Shown piece after piece: positions 30,893-45,199 of a stretch of DNA of 64,000 bases (within the stretch, counting starts at the first letter, position 1; each line of letters starts with the position of its first letter). The notes under the pieces are model-generated. The model had not been told where the DNA came from, did no database searches, and saw nothing but the letters and a program-made list of their open reading frames with translations. Position numbers and translations under genes: made by a program. The DNA lies in NCBI RefSeq assembly GCF_009914755.1, contig NC_060928.1. One strand, written 5' to 3'. This stretch comes from the human T2T-CHM13v2.0 reference genome, Homo sapiens.

Positions 30893-32759
30893 GGGGGATC
30901 CTCATGGTGATGAAAATGTTCTGTATCTCTGGTTTAACAATGTCAATGTCCTGGGTATCATATTGTACCAGAGTTTTGAAAGATGTTGTCACTAGGGAAA
31001 ACTAGGTAAAGCAGGGCGATGTTTTTGTTTTATTTTGCATAACTGCATGCAAATCTATCATTATCCCAAAATAAAATGTTGATAAAAATAAATAAATAAA
31101 ATTGAATTATAATTTGATCTCTGGGTTACACAATCAGAATGAGTTGATGGCACCTGAAGGGCATCTATTTTATAGTACACCTTCATCCAAATATTTACTT
31201 TTAATGATTAACAAACCGACTTAGCATGTTTGCATTAATATCTTAAGTGAGTCTCTGGAATTATTCATCTTTTAGCAAAATACTATGAAAGCCTCTCACA
31301 CAGGCTAAGCAGAGAATATTAATGACTAACTATGATTTATCGTTTTGTGTTTGCTTCAAGAAACTGGTACATAAATATGTAATTCTTATAAAAAATTTGT
31401 GGCAGCTTATAAAATATACATGTAATATAAGGTGAAAAACAAAATAAAATAGGAGAGAAATAAGGATAGGAAAAGTAAAGGAAGGCAAAGTTAAAATTAG
31501 AATACAAAACATCAGAGAGTGATCTACACTTCACAAGTTTGGGCTTCTAATTTTTCCAGAGAAGAAATATATAATTCCATAAAGATATTTAAGCAAGTAT
31601 AAATTAGTCAATATTCTCATGTCAAAAAACTAAAACATAAAAATAAGTATCTCAATTAGAGATGTCAAATTTAGTCAGAGTTTAGAATATTCTATTTAAA
31701 ATATATCCAGTACGATTTCAGAAATAATTATCTCAGTTCAAGAAGGGAAAACCTGCTAAATATTTAAATGTCAAATATATCAGTGATAGTTTCTGTTCAT
31801 ATTTTTAGTCTTTTGTCCTGGTATAACTGAAAAATTTGCATGACTTAAAATGTCATATTTTATTTCAGCCTTAATATTGGGTAGTTGAAAGGCATAATTA
31901 TGACCAGAAAATGTACTTTAAAATTACCCAATGAGAAAAGCTATGCTAGTTTTAACTGAAAATGCTTTACTTAAATGCCAAAAATTGAAATAGTCTACTT
32001 TATTAAGATATTTAAAATAAAATTATGAAAACGATGTCATATCCTTTGCAAAGTTGGCACCCGAAGTTCGAGTTCTGTCTTTCAAAATGTAAAGTGATTT
32101 TTTTCTGTGGAAGTAGAATTGTCACCTGTAATGGTTTTCAGTAAATTACTCTGAAGCATCTTGTCAAGAACATTCATAAACTTAAAAATAAAACAAAGAT
32201 TTTCATGTCTATCAAGACTAAAATAACAAAAAGTTATTCCCACCATTTAATATCATATAAAGACAAAAATAAATAGATATATAATAAAAAATAAAATATA
32301 TATATTTAAAGATACATACTTTTTTCAATAGTAAGGATCACATTTGCATGTATATGAAATACAACATAAAAATCAGCATAAAAATCATCCACTATCTCAT
32401 TTTTACATAAAATGATATCTAACACGAGGACTGCTTGGAAAATAGCATCTTAATCTTTGCTTAACTTCTTAGGTTATTTTGGAACTCTCTTGATCTCAGA
32501 TTCTTCTTCTATAAAATTGAGACAATCTTTCTCCAGGAGAATAGATTCAGGTTTTATAAAGTGATAGATATAAAAGTAATATAACAGATATGATTATTAA
32601 TAATATTATTATTTGAAATGGACAAGCAGTAATGGGAGGATAGAATGATAAGGATGTGTATCATTGCCAAATCCTTGAGGGAGGTGCTGGTATTTGGAAA
32701 AAAAAAAAAAAACAACGAATACCTAAACGTGAATAAATTTGAGGAAACTCTATGGAAAG

Positions 32760-33160
32760 TCTTCCCCACCTGTTCATGAAACAGATGCCCTTTTCTCCTC
32801 TGTTATTGCATAAGTAAGGTATATGTCTTAGTCCCTTTCAATTCCAGTCTGGCCATGTGCCTGAGCTCTATCTAGCCAATAGAATGCCAGCAGAAATTAT
32901 ATGTATCACTTCCAGGTCTTCCCTTTTAGAACCCTAACACCCACCCTCTTTCATGCTCATTCTTCACCAACTGATTGCACACACCCGTCAAGGAACTTGG
33001 AGCTGTCAGATGGCAGAAGGTTGCTGCCCTGAATGGCAGAATGGAAATAAACGCACACCAGAATTACCCGCAATTAACCACCGCAACTAAATGCGACATC
33101 AACTTTACTTATGTTAAGCCACTGAGATTGTAAGTTTTGAATGTAGACCCAATATACTAC
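32760..33160 (+). mobile_element. ERVL LTR relic (LTR16-like)
   Basis: ggccatgtg...agccaatagaatgccagcagaaattatatgtatcacttccagg...tgttaagccactgagatt. Confidence 0.6.
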
Positions 33161-34019
33161 GCCGGTTAATTTACAAGCCTAGAATAGTACGAAGAACTAT
33201 CATATATAATAAGTAATGCCAATATCAAAATTATGGTAATGTTTCTTGATACAAAAACATAAACTGGAAAAGGAAACAATTACTACTAACAAAATTCACT
33301 ATAAGATGTGTCTAATATGTCAAGCATTGACCCTAGACTACGGTCAAATGTCAGTTGGAAGGTTAAGTTGTGTACTCTAAGACAAGCACGTGAAACAATT
33401 CCTGTGGATTCCTGTCAGTGCAGCAGTTTCTCAGCTAGTGTTAGTCTAGGAGATTCTGACCAGCAGCACTTCTTGTTCAGCTCCTTTTCCTTAACGTGTA
33501 ATTTTCAGCAGAATAAAACTGCATTCTCTATATTCTAGCACAAATGAACATTTTGTGACTAACAGTATTCACTGATAGTATAATGTATCGGCCTTATTGC
33601 TGTCAATAATTATTATTTGTATTTATATTACAATATTACATTTCAGTTATTTTGGTTCAAGGTTTTAGAGTCATCAACTTCTGTGAACATTTCTAAGAAT
33701 TTTCCATCCCTTATCTTCCTACCCCCTTCATCAGGAACCCTTAGTCTAAGTAACCCCGTATACTTTTGCCTATGTAACCTCTCTCATATCAAAAACTAGA
33801 ACACAGACATATTGAGATGGACTCAGTCATAAAGGGATATAAATTTGTTTTGTAGATTCATATGTTAATTTTATAATAATAGATTACTTTTAATTGACAC
33901 AAAATATTACCCAGCTCAGATAATATTTTATTTTGCAATCTTTCAACAATTAGCTGTTAGGAAAGACTGTTTAAGTGAAGGATCTACCATAAAGAATCCA
34001 AAATAATATACCACTTTTT

Positions 34020-34220
34020 GCCCAGTGGCTTTTGCGTATCAGGCACTATGTTACAGATTTTATATGCCTAACTACTATGTTTTTATAAAGTATTATTTTC
34101 TAAATTTACAGATGAGATAGCCTCACCTCACTGAGATTACATGATTTGCTAAAGACCACAAGGATAGAATCAAGATTTGAACTCTTTTCTTTCTCCAAAT
34201 CTAGAGCTCTTTTTCCTTAC
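34020..34220 (-). mobile_element. MIR relic
   Basis: tattattttctaaatttacagatgag...gatttgctaaagaccaca...gatttgaactc. Confidence 0.6.
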
Positions 34221-34353
34221 TTCTGTTCTATGGAATTGATTGTTCTGCTTCTTTTCTATAATTAACCTTTACAATCACTTAATAACAAATTTGTGATATA
34301 TACGGTAGACACCAATATAAGTGCTGAAGCTACAAAGATAAATGGGAACCCCT

Positions 34354-34660
<307 letters not shown>

Positions 34661-35179
34661 AAATATGGAACCATCAGTCTAGTTGGAGAAAAATTCATGA
34701 AAATAAATGATTACATTGTGGTGGGATATGCGAGTAGAGGTGAAAGAGAAGACACAGAAGCCCTGCCGTGAAGGCAGTGAATAACTTGCTATGGGACTTT
34801 CAAGGACTGTTTGGAGGTGAAGGCAGTACCAGAGCAGGAATTAGAGGTACATTGGAAACTTAGTAGGCCAACAGAGGAGATGAGGGTGTGAGGTGTGGAA
34901 GAGAAGATACCTGAGTGGGGTCTACTCATGGCAAACCTATATACAATGCTAAGAAATTTGAGCTGTTGTCCTGTGCATGAGAGGAAACAATGACAAATTT
35001 TACTGAAAATAATAATTTTAAGAGATTTTTGACGTAAGAAATTACTATCAGCAACAGCAAATATGGGTCAGGGATGGAGAAACTAACTGGGTTGTGATGG
35101 CAGATTAGAGATCATGTTTCCATTTATCCAATCTATCAATCCATTTATCCTTCCACTTTATTAGAAAAAGCCTGGTCTA

Positions 35180-35331
35180 GCTACTCAGGAGGATGAGGCA
35201 GGAGAATCGCTTGAACCAACGGAGGTTGCAGTGAGCCGAGATCACACCACTGCACTCCAGCCTGGGCAACAGAGCAAGACTCCTTCTCAAAAAAAAGAAA
35301 AAAGAAAAGAAAGAAAAGAAAAGAAAAGAAA
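35180..35331 (+). mobile_element. 5'-truncated AluS right-monomer fragment with (GAAAA)n tail
   Basis: 17-bp TSD agaaaaagcctggtcta (35163-35179) / agaaaaagactggtcta (35332-35348). Confidence 0.92.
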
Positions 35332-36362
35332 AGAAAAAGACTGGTCTAACAAATAATAGTTGGGACATTGGGAATATGATAGGTTTTTGACATATTTAGG
35401 AACTGAAATTCAGGCATTTTAGAGATTTATGGGACATCCAGGTAGAGTTCTATGATAGGCAACTGAATAGTTAGATTTCACAGGAAAGCAGATCAATCAA
35501 TAAATGTGGGACTTATGTATTTACATGTGGTTATTAAAACCAAGGACAAAGATTTCATTACCTTAGAGTATAGTAAAAAAGAGAGGATTGAATAGAATCA
35601 CAAAGAGGGACACAGGGACAGAGAAGAAGGAGGAAGGAGACTGGGAAAGAACATTTAGGAAGAGGACAGAGACCTAGAGAGGATCATGTAAGGAAACCAA
35701 GTAAGGCATGTTCTCAAGACTATAAATTGCTGATAGGAACAGAAGCCACAGGAAGTTTAAGAACAGTGTACATTGGTCTCACAAAATAGGAGACCATTTG
35801 TTAAAACACTGTCCAAGGCACTACTTATGGCAGCAGAAGTGAGATTAAAGGGGATTAAGTAGTTGGTGAAAATTAGACAGTGAAAATATAAAAGTAAATT
35901 ACTATTTTCATAAATGTATATAGGCACACCTCATTTTATTGAACCTTGCTTTACAAATTTTAACCTTGTGGTTAAAACAACCACAGATACTACATTTTTT
36001 ACAAATTAAAGGTTTTGGCAACTGTGTGGAGCAAGTTTATTGGCAGCATTTTTTTCCAACAGCACGTTCTTTCTCTCTTTTGGCCTCTGTTACATTTTGG
36101 TAATTCTTGCAATAACTAAAACTTGTTCATTATTATCACACCTGTTACGGTAACCTGTGATCAGAGATCATTGATGTTACTGTTGTAATTGTTTTGGGGT
36201 GCCATGAACCAGAACCATGTAAAACGGCAAACTCACTTGTTAAGTGTTGTGTGTGTTCTGAATGCCCCACTGACCTGTTGTTCTGCCATCTCTGTCCTTC
36301 TCCTTGGGCATCCCTATTCTCTGAGACACAACAATATTGAAATTAGGCCAGTTAAGCCTACA

Positions 36363-38300
36363 ATGGCTTCTAAGTATTCAGGTGAAAGGAATAGTTACAT
36401 GTCTCTTACTTTAAATCCAAAGCTAGAAATGACGAAGCTCAGTGAGGAAGGCATGTCAAAAGCCAATATGGGACAAAAGCTAGACCTCTTGCACCAAAAC
36501 TAGCCAAATTATGAATGCAAAGGAAAAGTTCTGGAAGGAAATTAAAAGTGCTACTTTAATGAACGCACAAATGAGAAGAAAGCAAAACCTTATTGTTGAC
36601 ATGGAGAAAGTTTTAGTGGCCTGAGTAGAAGATCAAACCAGCCACACTATTCCCTTAAGCCAACGTCTAATCTAGGGGAAGGCCCTAACTCACTTCAATT
36701 CTATGAAGGCTGAGAGAGGTGAGGCAGCTGCGGAAGAAAAGTAGGAGACTAGGAGAGGCTGGCTCACGAAGTTAAGGAAAGATGCCATCTGCATAACATA
36801 GAAATGTAAGGTGAAGCAGCAACTGCTGATGGAGAAGCTGCAGCAAGTTATCCAGAAGACCTAGCTAAAATAATTGGTGAAAGGGCCTACACTAAAACAA
36901 CAAATTTTTAGTGAAAAACGCAGCTTTGTATTGGGAGAAGATCTCCTCTGGACTTTCATAGCTAAGAAGGAGAAGTTGATGCCTGGCTTCAAATCTTTAA
37001 AGAATAGGTTGACTCTTCTATTAGGGGCTAATGCAGCTGGTGACCTTAAGTTGAAGCCAATATGAATTTACCATTCTGAAAATTTTAAAACAAGAATTAT
37101 GCTAAATCTACGTAGCCTGTGGTAAGTGGAACAAAACCTGGATTACAGCACATCTGTTTATAGCATGATTTACTGAATATTTTTAGCTTTCTTTTGAGAC
37201 CTAGTGCACAGAAAATAATATTCCTTTCAAAGTAGTACTGCTCATTGACAATGCACCTGGCCATCCAAAAGCTCTGATAGAGATGTACAGGGAGATTAAT
37301 GTTGTTTTCAGGCCTGCCAATGGAACATCTATTCTGCCACCCATGGATCAAGGAGTAATTTTGACTTTCAAGCATTATGATTCAAGAAATACATTTCATG
37401 GGGATATAGATTCCATAGATAGTGATTCCTCTGATTGATCTGGGTATAGTCAATTGAAAACCTTCTGGAGGCTGGGCATGGTGGCTCATACCTGTAATCC
37501 CAGCAATTTGGGAGGCTGAGAAGGGCAGATCTTCTGAGGTCAGGAGTTTAAGACTAGCCTGGCCAACATGGTGAAACCCTGTCTCTACTAAAAATACAAA
37601 AACTAGCCTGGCAAGGTGGTGCACCCCTGTAATCCCAGCTACTCAGGAGGCTGAGTGAGGCAAGGCAGGAGAATTGCTGGAACGTGGAGGCAGAGGTTGC
37701 AGTGAGCCGAGATCCCGCCACTCACTCCAGCCTGGATAAAAGAGCAAGACTCCATCGCAAAAAAAAAGAGAAAACCTTCTGGAAATGTTTCATTACTCTA
37801 AATTGCATTAAGAACAAGGAGGTCAAAATATCAACATTAATAGTACTTTGAAAGAAGTTGATTCCAACTCCCATGGATGACTTTGAGGGGTTCAAGACTT
37901 CAGTGGAGGAAGTAACTGAAGATGGTCTGGAAATAGCAAGATAACTAGAATTAGAAGCAGAGCCTGAAAACGTGACTGAATTGCTGCTACCTCATAATAA
38001 ATCCTTAAGGGATGAGAGGCTGCTTGTTATGGACGAGCAAATAAAGTGGTTTCTTGAGACAGCCTCTACTTCCGGTGAAGATGCGATGAACTTTGTTGAA
38101 ATGACAACAAAGGGTTTAGAATATTCTGTAAACTTAGTTCGTAAAGCAGCCACAGGGTATGAGAAGATTGACTCCAGTTTTGAAAGAAGTTCTAATTTGG
38201 GTACATTGTTATCAAACGGCAACGCATGCTACAAAGAAATCTTTTCTGAAAGGAAGAGTCAATTGATGAGGCAAACTTCATTGTCTTATTTTAAGAAATC
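36363..38300 (+). pseudogene. Decayed Tigger1 transposase ORF (TIGD1/CENP-B-related)
   Basis: MASKYSGERNSYMSLTLNPKLEMTKLSEEGMSKA, PGFKSLKNRLTLLLGANAAGDLKLKP and [11 protein letters not shown] motifs; stops, frameshifts and an Alu insertion. End coordinate approximate. Confidence 0.85.
37470..37769 (+). mobile_element. AluS inside Tigger1
   Basis: Perfect 14-bp TSD gaaaaccttctgga. Confidence 0.95.
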
Positions 38301-38303
38301 ATC

Positions 38304-38681
<378 letters not shown>

Positions 38682-40479
38682 TCAATATGGAGGTAAGACC
38701 TTCCACCAGCAGAAATGTTATAACTGGCTGAAGGCTCAGATGACTGTTAGCAGTTTTAGCATTAAAATATTTTTAATTACGGTATTTTCATTGGTTTTTT
38801 AGACATGATGTTATTATACATTTTATAGACTACAGTGTAGTGTAAATGTAACTGGGCCGAAAAAATTGTGACTTTATTGGGACAGTTGCTTAATTGCAGT
38901 GATCTCGACCCTCACTTGCAGTATCTCTCAGGTGTGCCTGTATAACGTGAATGGAATTTATTAACAGGGAGTGAAACGAAAGAGTGGCAACTAGAGAGAA
39001 GCATGGAGTAAGGAGAGGGATTTTCTCTTGATTTCATTTGTTGACATAGGAATCATTTATAGATTTGTTTTTCATTTATTTCAATGATAAGAAAGAATGA
39101 TAAGAGGTGGCAGAGAAAGAGAAGTTGAAAATAGAATAAAGCTAAGTTACTTATTATTGAGGAAAACCTAAATGAAAAATAGGGAAATAGGATGAAGTCT
39201 ATTAAAGAGATTATCCATGAGGAGGGAGACCTCATCTTCTGAGACAAGAATAAAAGATACAATGGTGGACTCAGAGGTAAAGTAATTATAAGTCTTGGTG
39301 AATGTGTGTGGTGGATAGGGAGGTATGACTATTCTTTCTCAAAGTAAGTGGTAATTTAACTATTGGGGAAAGGGAGATGCTTGATATTTTGAGGACATTG
39401 ATAAAGTCTAAGCCAACCCACCTTTTTTTTTTTGAATAATTACTGAACCATTCCTTTTCTTTAGCAAGTACCATTACTTGAATATAATTGACTCTACTAA
39501 AAGTCTTCATATATTTATAATAATCATTGTTAAATCAAAATTATTTTCTAAAAATATCTAGGCTACCATAACATAAATAACATATCACAATATTTTCAAA
39601 GACAGTTATCATTTAGCTTATTCATATAATAATTATCCCGTTAACTTTTTTATTTTCTGAGGTGATAAATCTACCTATTTTCATTAAGATTTTATGCAAG
39701 CATAATTTATACTACATATAACAAGTTTTTTTCAACTCACAATGACCTTTTAAAATTGTTAATAAGAGTATATAAGGGGTTTTAGAAAACTCCTTGGCTT
39801 GTAGGTGTGAGAGAAAGTCACATTTATTATTACTAGAAGCAGTGTTCTGTTGGCATATTACAATGTGGCAGACAATCCTTCAACAATTAATTACCAGTAA
39901 AGTAATTATAGAATATCCTTTGATGTTTATAATGTTTTAATTGAAGTAAAAATGTGAGAATATGCTTCAGGGGAATATAATATTTTAATTATTTATGGGC
40001 CAAGATATCTATATACTTTGACTAGAGTGCATTTCTCTATTCTGTGGCATCTCTGTTATAATAGAACATTTGTAGACTAAAAAAATAGGGTGTTTTCCCC
40101 CCACAGCGTATTACAGTGAATGTAGTCTACTTTATAATCCTCAGGGTTCTTTTAACTTGACGTGAATCAAACACCTTAAGGAAACAGAAACTAAGACTGA
40201 AAGTTTTGACAAATTAGTTTTGAAACCTTCACAAACTAAACCTGTTTTTGATATTGGTTTCAAAAAGTATGCATAGAAACTTGACATGAAGTAGCTAAAT
40301 TTATGCACTCAATTGATATTTATATGTGTGCAGGTCTATCAACGTTATTGAAAAGTTAATCCAAAGGATTTATTGATTACTCTCAATTTCTCAGATACTG
40401 TCAGTTCACTTTTGAAAATTATTCTCTTATGTAATATTGCACTCTTTTCAGTAAAAAGGAGAGTTTGTGGCTGTTAAAT

Positions 40480-41120
40480 ATGCATGAGGCACAATAGTTT
40501 CACAACAAATCAAATTTAATTAAATGATGCATTTCCTCCACTTACAAAAGGTTTATTAAAGGTTTATTTGCTCATGCAAATTAAAGTGTTAGAGTAAAAA
40601 TCCACATGAAACTTGGCACTAACAATTAAAAAAATATTGAAAGATTTCTCGCCTCGCTGCAATACCTTGCTATGTTTAAACTGCTCAGCTTGTCATTTAG
40701 AATCTTTAATGAAACCAGGGAGGAGGCTATTTATTTGCATAATAGGACATAATTTGCTGTGGTGAGGTTTTAATTATTTATAGGCTGTCTGAAATATTTA
40801 AAATGGCATCACTAAGGAGCATGAAGTGTTGGATAATGCCTTCATTTCAGGTTTCCTGCCGTTTCTTTTATGGGTCAAGCGATTTATTTCTAATTAGCAT
40901 ACCAGGCTAGTGGCTTTAAAAACATAAGGAAAACAAATTGGTTTCAGTCTGTTTGCAGCTTGAGTAGTTGGAGACGGCCAAGGGTCACTGACGGAGACTG
41001 AGCAGAGTTAAGAGATGAAGCCAGAAGCCATCCCAGCACATGGAAATCACTGACTCAACAGAGCCATACTTTCATTTGTGCACACTGATTACTGTATGTA
41101 GTAGCTTCTCTTTGGTAGGT
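40480..41120 (+). promoter_or_regulatory. Candidate enhancer or alternative promoter with downstream exon-like segment
   Basis: Repeat-free. ATGCAAAT 40574-81, ATTTGCAT 40733-40, MEF2-consensus TTATTTATAG 40774-83, half-CRE TGACG 40989-93, AP-1 TGACTCA 41051-57, donor TTG|GTAGGT at 41114/41115. Motif-based inference only. Confidence 0.45.
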
Positions 41121-42567
41121 AGTGGGTTAGAGTTAATGGATTTCATGTTAATTGTCCCTTAAATATTTTCTACCATTAACACATTTCTTATTGGAAATGA
41201 TGTGTAAGCAACAGAAAATATTCCATTTCCTTGGATAAAAGATACAGTAATTACTGTGTGCATAGGGAAAAATTCGGCAGTTTCAGGGTGAGATTTAACA
41301 TTTAAGTATATGCAATCTTATTTATATACAAGAACAAGAGCCTGTGGTTAAAACACAATAGGGTTCTTTTTTAATAAACCATATGGAAACTCATATATCT
41401 TGTGAGAGGTTGTGAATTAGCAGAGTACACTAAAATATGTTCGAATTTCTAAAGCATTCTTATTGTGCATTGTCTGTGTTCTAGGTAAAAGGAAAAAAAA
41501 AACTCAGGAATCATCTATAAGGTCTCTTATGTTATGATAAATGGATTTTCATGTTCTTTACTATCTATTTTAAATATGATAATTTTCTTGAAAGTAGTTT
41601 AAAAGTGGTCATGTTGTAAACATCATTGTATAGCCAGGAGAAATGTGTTTACTGCAAGAGTTTATTATATTTCCGTGATGCTCTAGATATCCCCATCATC
41701 ATGCACATAGATTGAAAGCAGGGGTAGCACACTGTTGTCAGACATTCTCTCATTTGTCACCTTCTGGCCTCAAAACATGAATAGAGAAATTGCTGCCAGA
41801 TGTCAAGAAACAGCCTTAGGGCATTACAGAGGATATTATCCATGCCCTTTTAAGTAGTAGACAGATGCTGTATTCAGAGAGAGGATTTTTATGATTATCA
41901 TTCACACAGCCCAGGTGATTGGTCAAGGCCATAAAGGAGTCTGCAATCCTTGGAGAACTTTTGGAGTCACTTTAACCATAACGTAATGTATTGCAACAGT
42001 TACAATAAATTATGTTATGGTTCCTGAATGTAACCGTCAATTATCATTATTTTTTTAAGTATCCACTGGATACAGATAGTGGGAGTTAGAAAATAATAGA
42101 TGATAAGCAAATCATAGTGTCAACATCAAAAAAGCTTACAATGTAGTGAATGAGAAAGAGAATTGATTAAAGAGATTGAAGTATATATATTCTTTACATT
42201 ATAATTAAATATATTTTTATTATGTACTGATAAAATTTCAAGTAAAATACTGGTCAGAATCAAGAGTGTCAGGAAGTGTGGTGCAGTACTAATAAATGGT
42301 TTGGGGAAAATTGGATCTGGAAAATGGTAGAAAAATTGATTTGAAAAGATGGACATATATTTAACTTTGCCAGAATAACCCTAGTTTTAAAGTACTGTGT
42401 TTATTAGCTTGTTACATATTAATTTGTGCCTTTTAAAGCTCAAAAACAGTTGGCGATGATTTCATATGATTCAAACTAGTCAGTTATTCATTAAAAATAC
42501 AGTCTTCAATATTGCAACTATTGGCCAAATCTGTGGTAGTTTTGATTGTTGCATGATTTACCATATT

Positions 42568-42782
42568 CATGGACACAGGAAGGGGGACATCACACACCGG
42601 AGACTGTTGTGGGGTGGGGGGAGGGGGGAGGGATAGAATTAGGAGATATACCTAATGCTAAATGATGAGTTAATGGGTGCAGCACACCAACATATCACAT
42701 GTATACATATGTAACAAACCTGCACATTGTGCACATGTACCCTAAAACTTAAAGTATAATAATAATAAAATTTTAAAAAAAA
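42568..42782 (+). mobile_element. L1PA (PA3/PA4-like) 3' end
   Basis: catggacacaggaagggg...ggggtggggggaggggggaggg...gctaaatgatgagttaatgggtgcagcacaccaacat...aaagtataataataat. Confidence 0.95.
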
Positions 42783-42834
42783 CCTTTTGAAAAAATAATT
42801 TAAAGATAATTATACTTTGTTGTTGATGTTTTTA

Positions 42835-43890
42835 AAATGGACTTTGCTTTTAGAAGAATTTTAGGTTCACAGCAAAATTAAACAGAAAGCATGGAGAGGT
42901 CCCATATATTCCCTGACTTGAACACACACAGGCTTCTCTAGTATAAATATCCCCAACACAGTGGTAGCTTTGTTACAGTTGATGAGCCTATGCTGACAAA
43001 TCACTATTATCCAAAGTTCATAGTTTACCTTAGGGTGTACTCTTGGTATATACATCCTATGGGTTTTGACACACTTGTGTACCATTGTAGATTCATTGCT
43101 GTATTCATTGTAGTTTCACTGCTCTAAAAATTGTCTGTGCCCTGCCCATTCGTGTCTCCCTTCCCTTAACTCCTGGCAACCACTGATCCTTTTTACTTTT
43201 TACTGTCCCCATAGTTTTGCTATCAGCAGAATGTCATATAGCTGGAATCATATAGTAGGTAGCTTTTCCAGTTTTTTTTCACTCGGTAATATACATTTAA
43301 GATTCCTGCGTGTCTTTTCATGGCTTGATAGATCATTTCTATTTAGTGCTGAAAAATACTATATGGTCTGAATGTATCACAGTTTATTCATTCACCCACT
43401 GAAGGACATCTTAGTTGCTTCCAAATTTTGATGATTATAGGTAAAGCTGCTATAGATATTCATTTGCAGGTTTTGATGCAGACATAAGGTTTCAACTCAT
43501 TTGAGTATATACGAAGGTGTATGAATGCTGTACCATATGGTAAGAGGATGTTTAATTTTGTAAGAAACTGCTAAGCTATAATCCAAAGTGGCTGTGCCAT
43601 TTTGTATTTCCAACTGCGAAGAGAGTTCCTGTTGTTCCCCATCCTCCTCAGCGTTTGGTGATGTTGTTGGACTTCTGCCAGTCTACTAGGTGTGTAGTGG
43701 CATCTCACTGTTATTTTAATATTCATTCCCCTAATGACATATGATATTGAGCACCTTTTCATGTTCTTATTTTCCATCTATGTATCTTCTTCGGTGAGAA
43801 GTCTCTTCAGATCTTTCATGCATATTTCCATTAGGTTGTTCTTTTTCTTATTGTTGAGATTTTAATATTTGTTGCATATTTTGTGTGTGA
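42835..43890 (-). mobile_element. L1MC1/MC2-like 3' part
   Basis: ttttaggttcacagcaaaattaa...gttacagttgatgagccta...cactgaaggacatcttagttgcttccaa...ccaaagtggctgtgccattttg. Confidence 0.85.
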
Positions 43891-45199
43891 GTTATACTCT
43901 CATTCTCTTGAAGTCACTTTACTTTTGATAATATACTTATAACAAAAATAACCAGCATCTTGTCCCAAAGAAAGAATAAGCTTTCAGAATACTTGCTCTG
44001 CAGCTTAGGAAACCATGTCAACGTGCTGCTGCCTTTTAGTTACTGGTTCCCACCTATCACCACAACATTGAGACTCAGTCTAAGAGGTGCAACATGAGAG
44101 AAAAATAATATTTGAATTATTTATCAGCCATGAAATACCTTTTTTTTTTTTTTACATCTGAACAGAAAAAGGAAGTCTAGAGCTTATTTGCAGAAGATAA
44201 TTCTTATAGTGAACTATTTAGAAATAAATTTGACATAACTGGATTTCTCTGAAGATCTCTGGCTATGTAGGGTTCAGCTCAACCAGCGTTTGTCAGGCAA
44301 AATGTGTTAGGCCTGGTGGGATGCCCATTACATTGATCCTGGGGTCCAAATACTCCAAACTGCTGTGTCATCAGATACATAGCCATTGCTACAAACTTTC
44401 ATTTTATACTTAAAGGCCTCACTTCTGATTTCTGAAAAATACATAAGCTGGATTTCATATTCCAATGACATATATTCTATGTATTAATATGTGGATCGAT
44501 GCTCCGAAATTAAGGTGAGAATATTCACAGTGGGGACTTACAAAAAAAATGTGGTCTAGTGAGGCGCCTGTGTATGTCGTGTGCTTGCATGTGTTTAAAA
44601 AGTGTAAATGTGGTATTCATTTATGATCAGATGTCTCTGGCATTATTTCGCAGAATTCAAAATTATAAATGAGATTCACCAGTGTCAGTGTAAATAATTA
44701 AAATACTTGCACCTGAAACAAACTTACTATACATTTCCATGACTCATATTTACGTAGCTGGAAAACTCATCTAAAACCCACAAGACTTTTTCAACTTTCC
44801 TTATAATGTATGAGATATATGAAGACTGTAGATACTTTTATCATAAATGAGCTAAATTTTTACATCAATGTTTAGCTGAGGGGCCAGTGTGGGGTTAATT
44901 ATATATTGCTATTATAACACAGAAAATAGTTGTTGCATAATCTTACATAAAGATCATATTTCTCAACTTCAACACAAGAAAGCTAACTAAATATTTCTAT
45001 GACAATTGACACAAAATTGATAATTTTTCAGAGAAAATTGATAAAACAGTTTGACAATAAAACCCATATATTCTTAAAGTGATGTTAGTTAGAGAGGAAG
45101 TGGCATAGGATTTAAACAAACAATTAGAGATCGGCTGTAATAATCAGAGGACTGACTGAAAACCCTGAAGTACCAGCTCTTCGTTTCTATTAATTAGAA

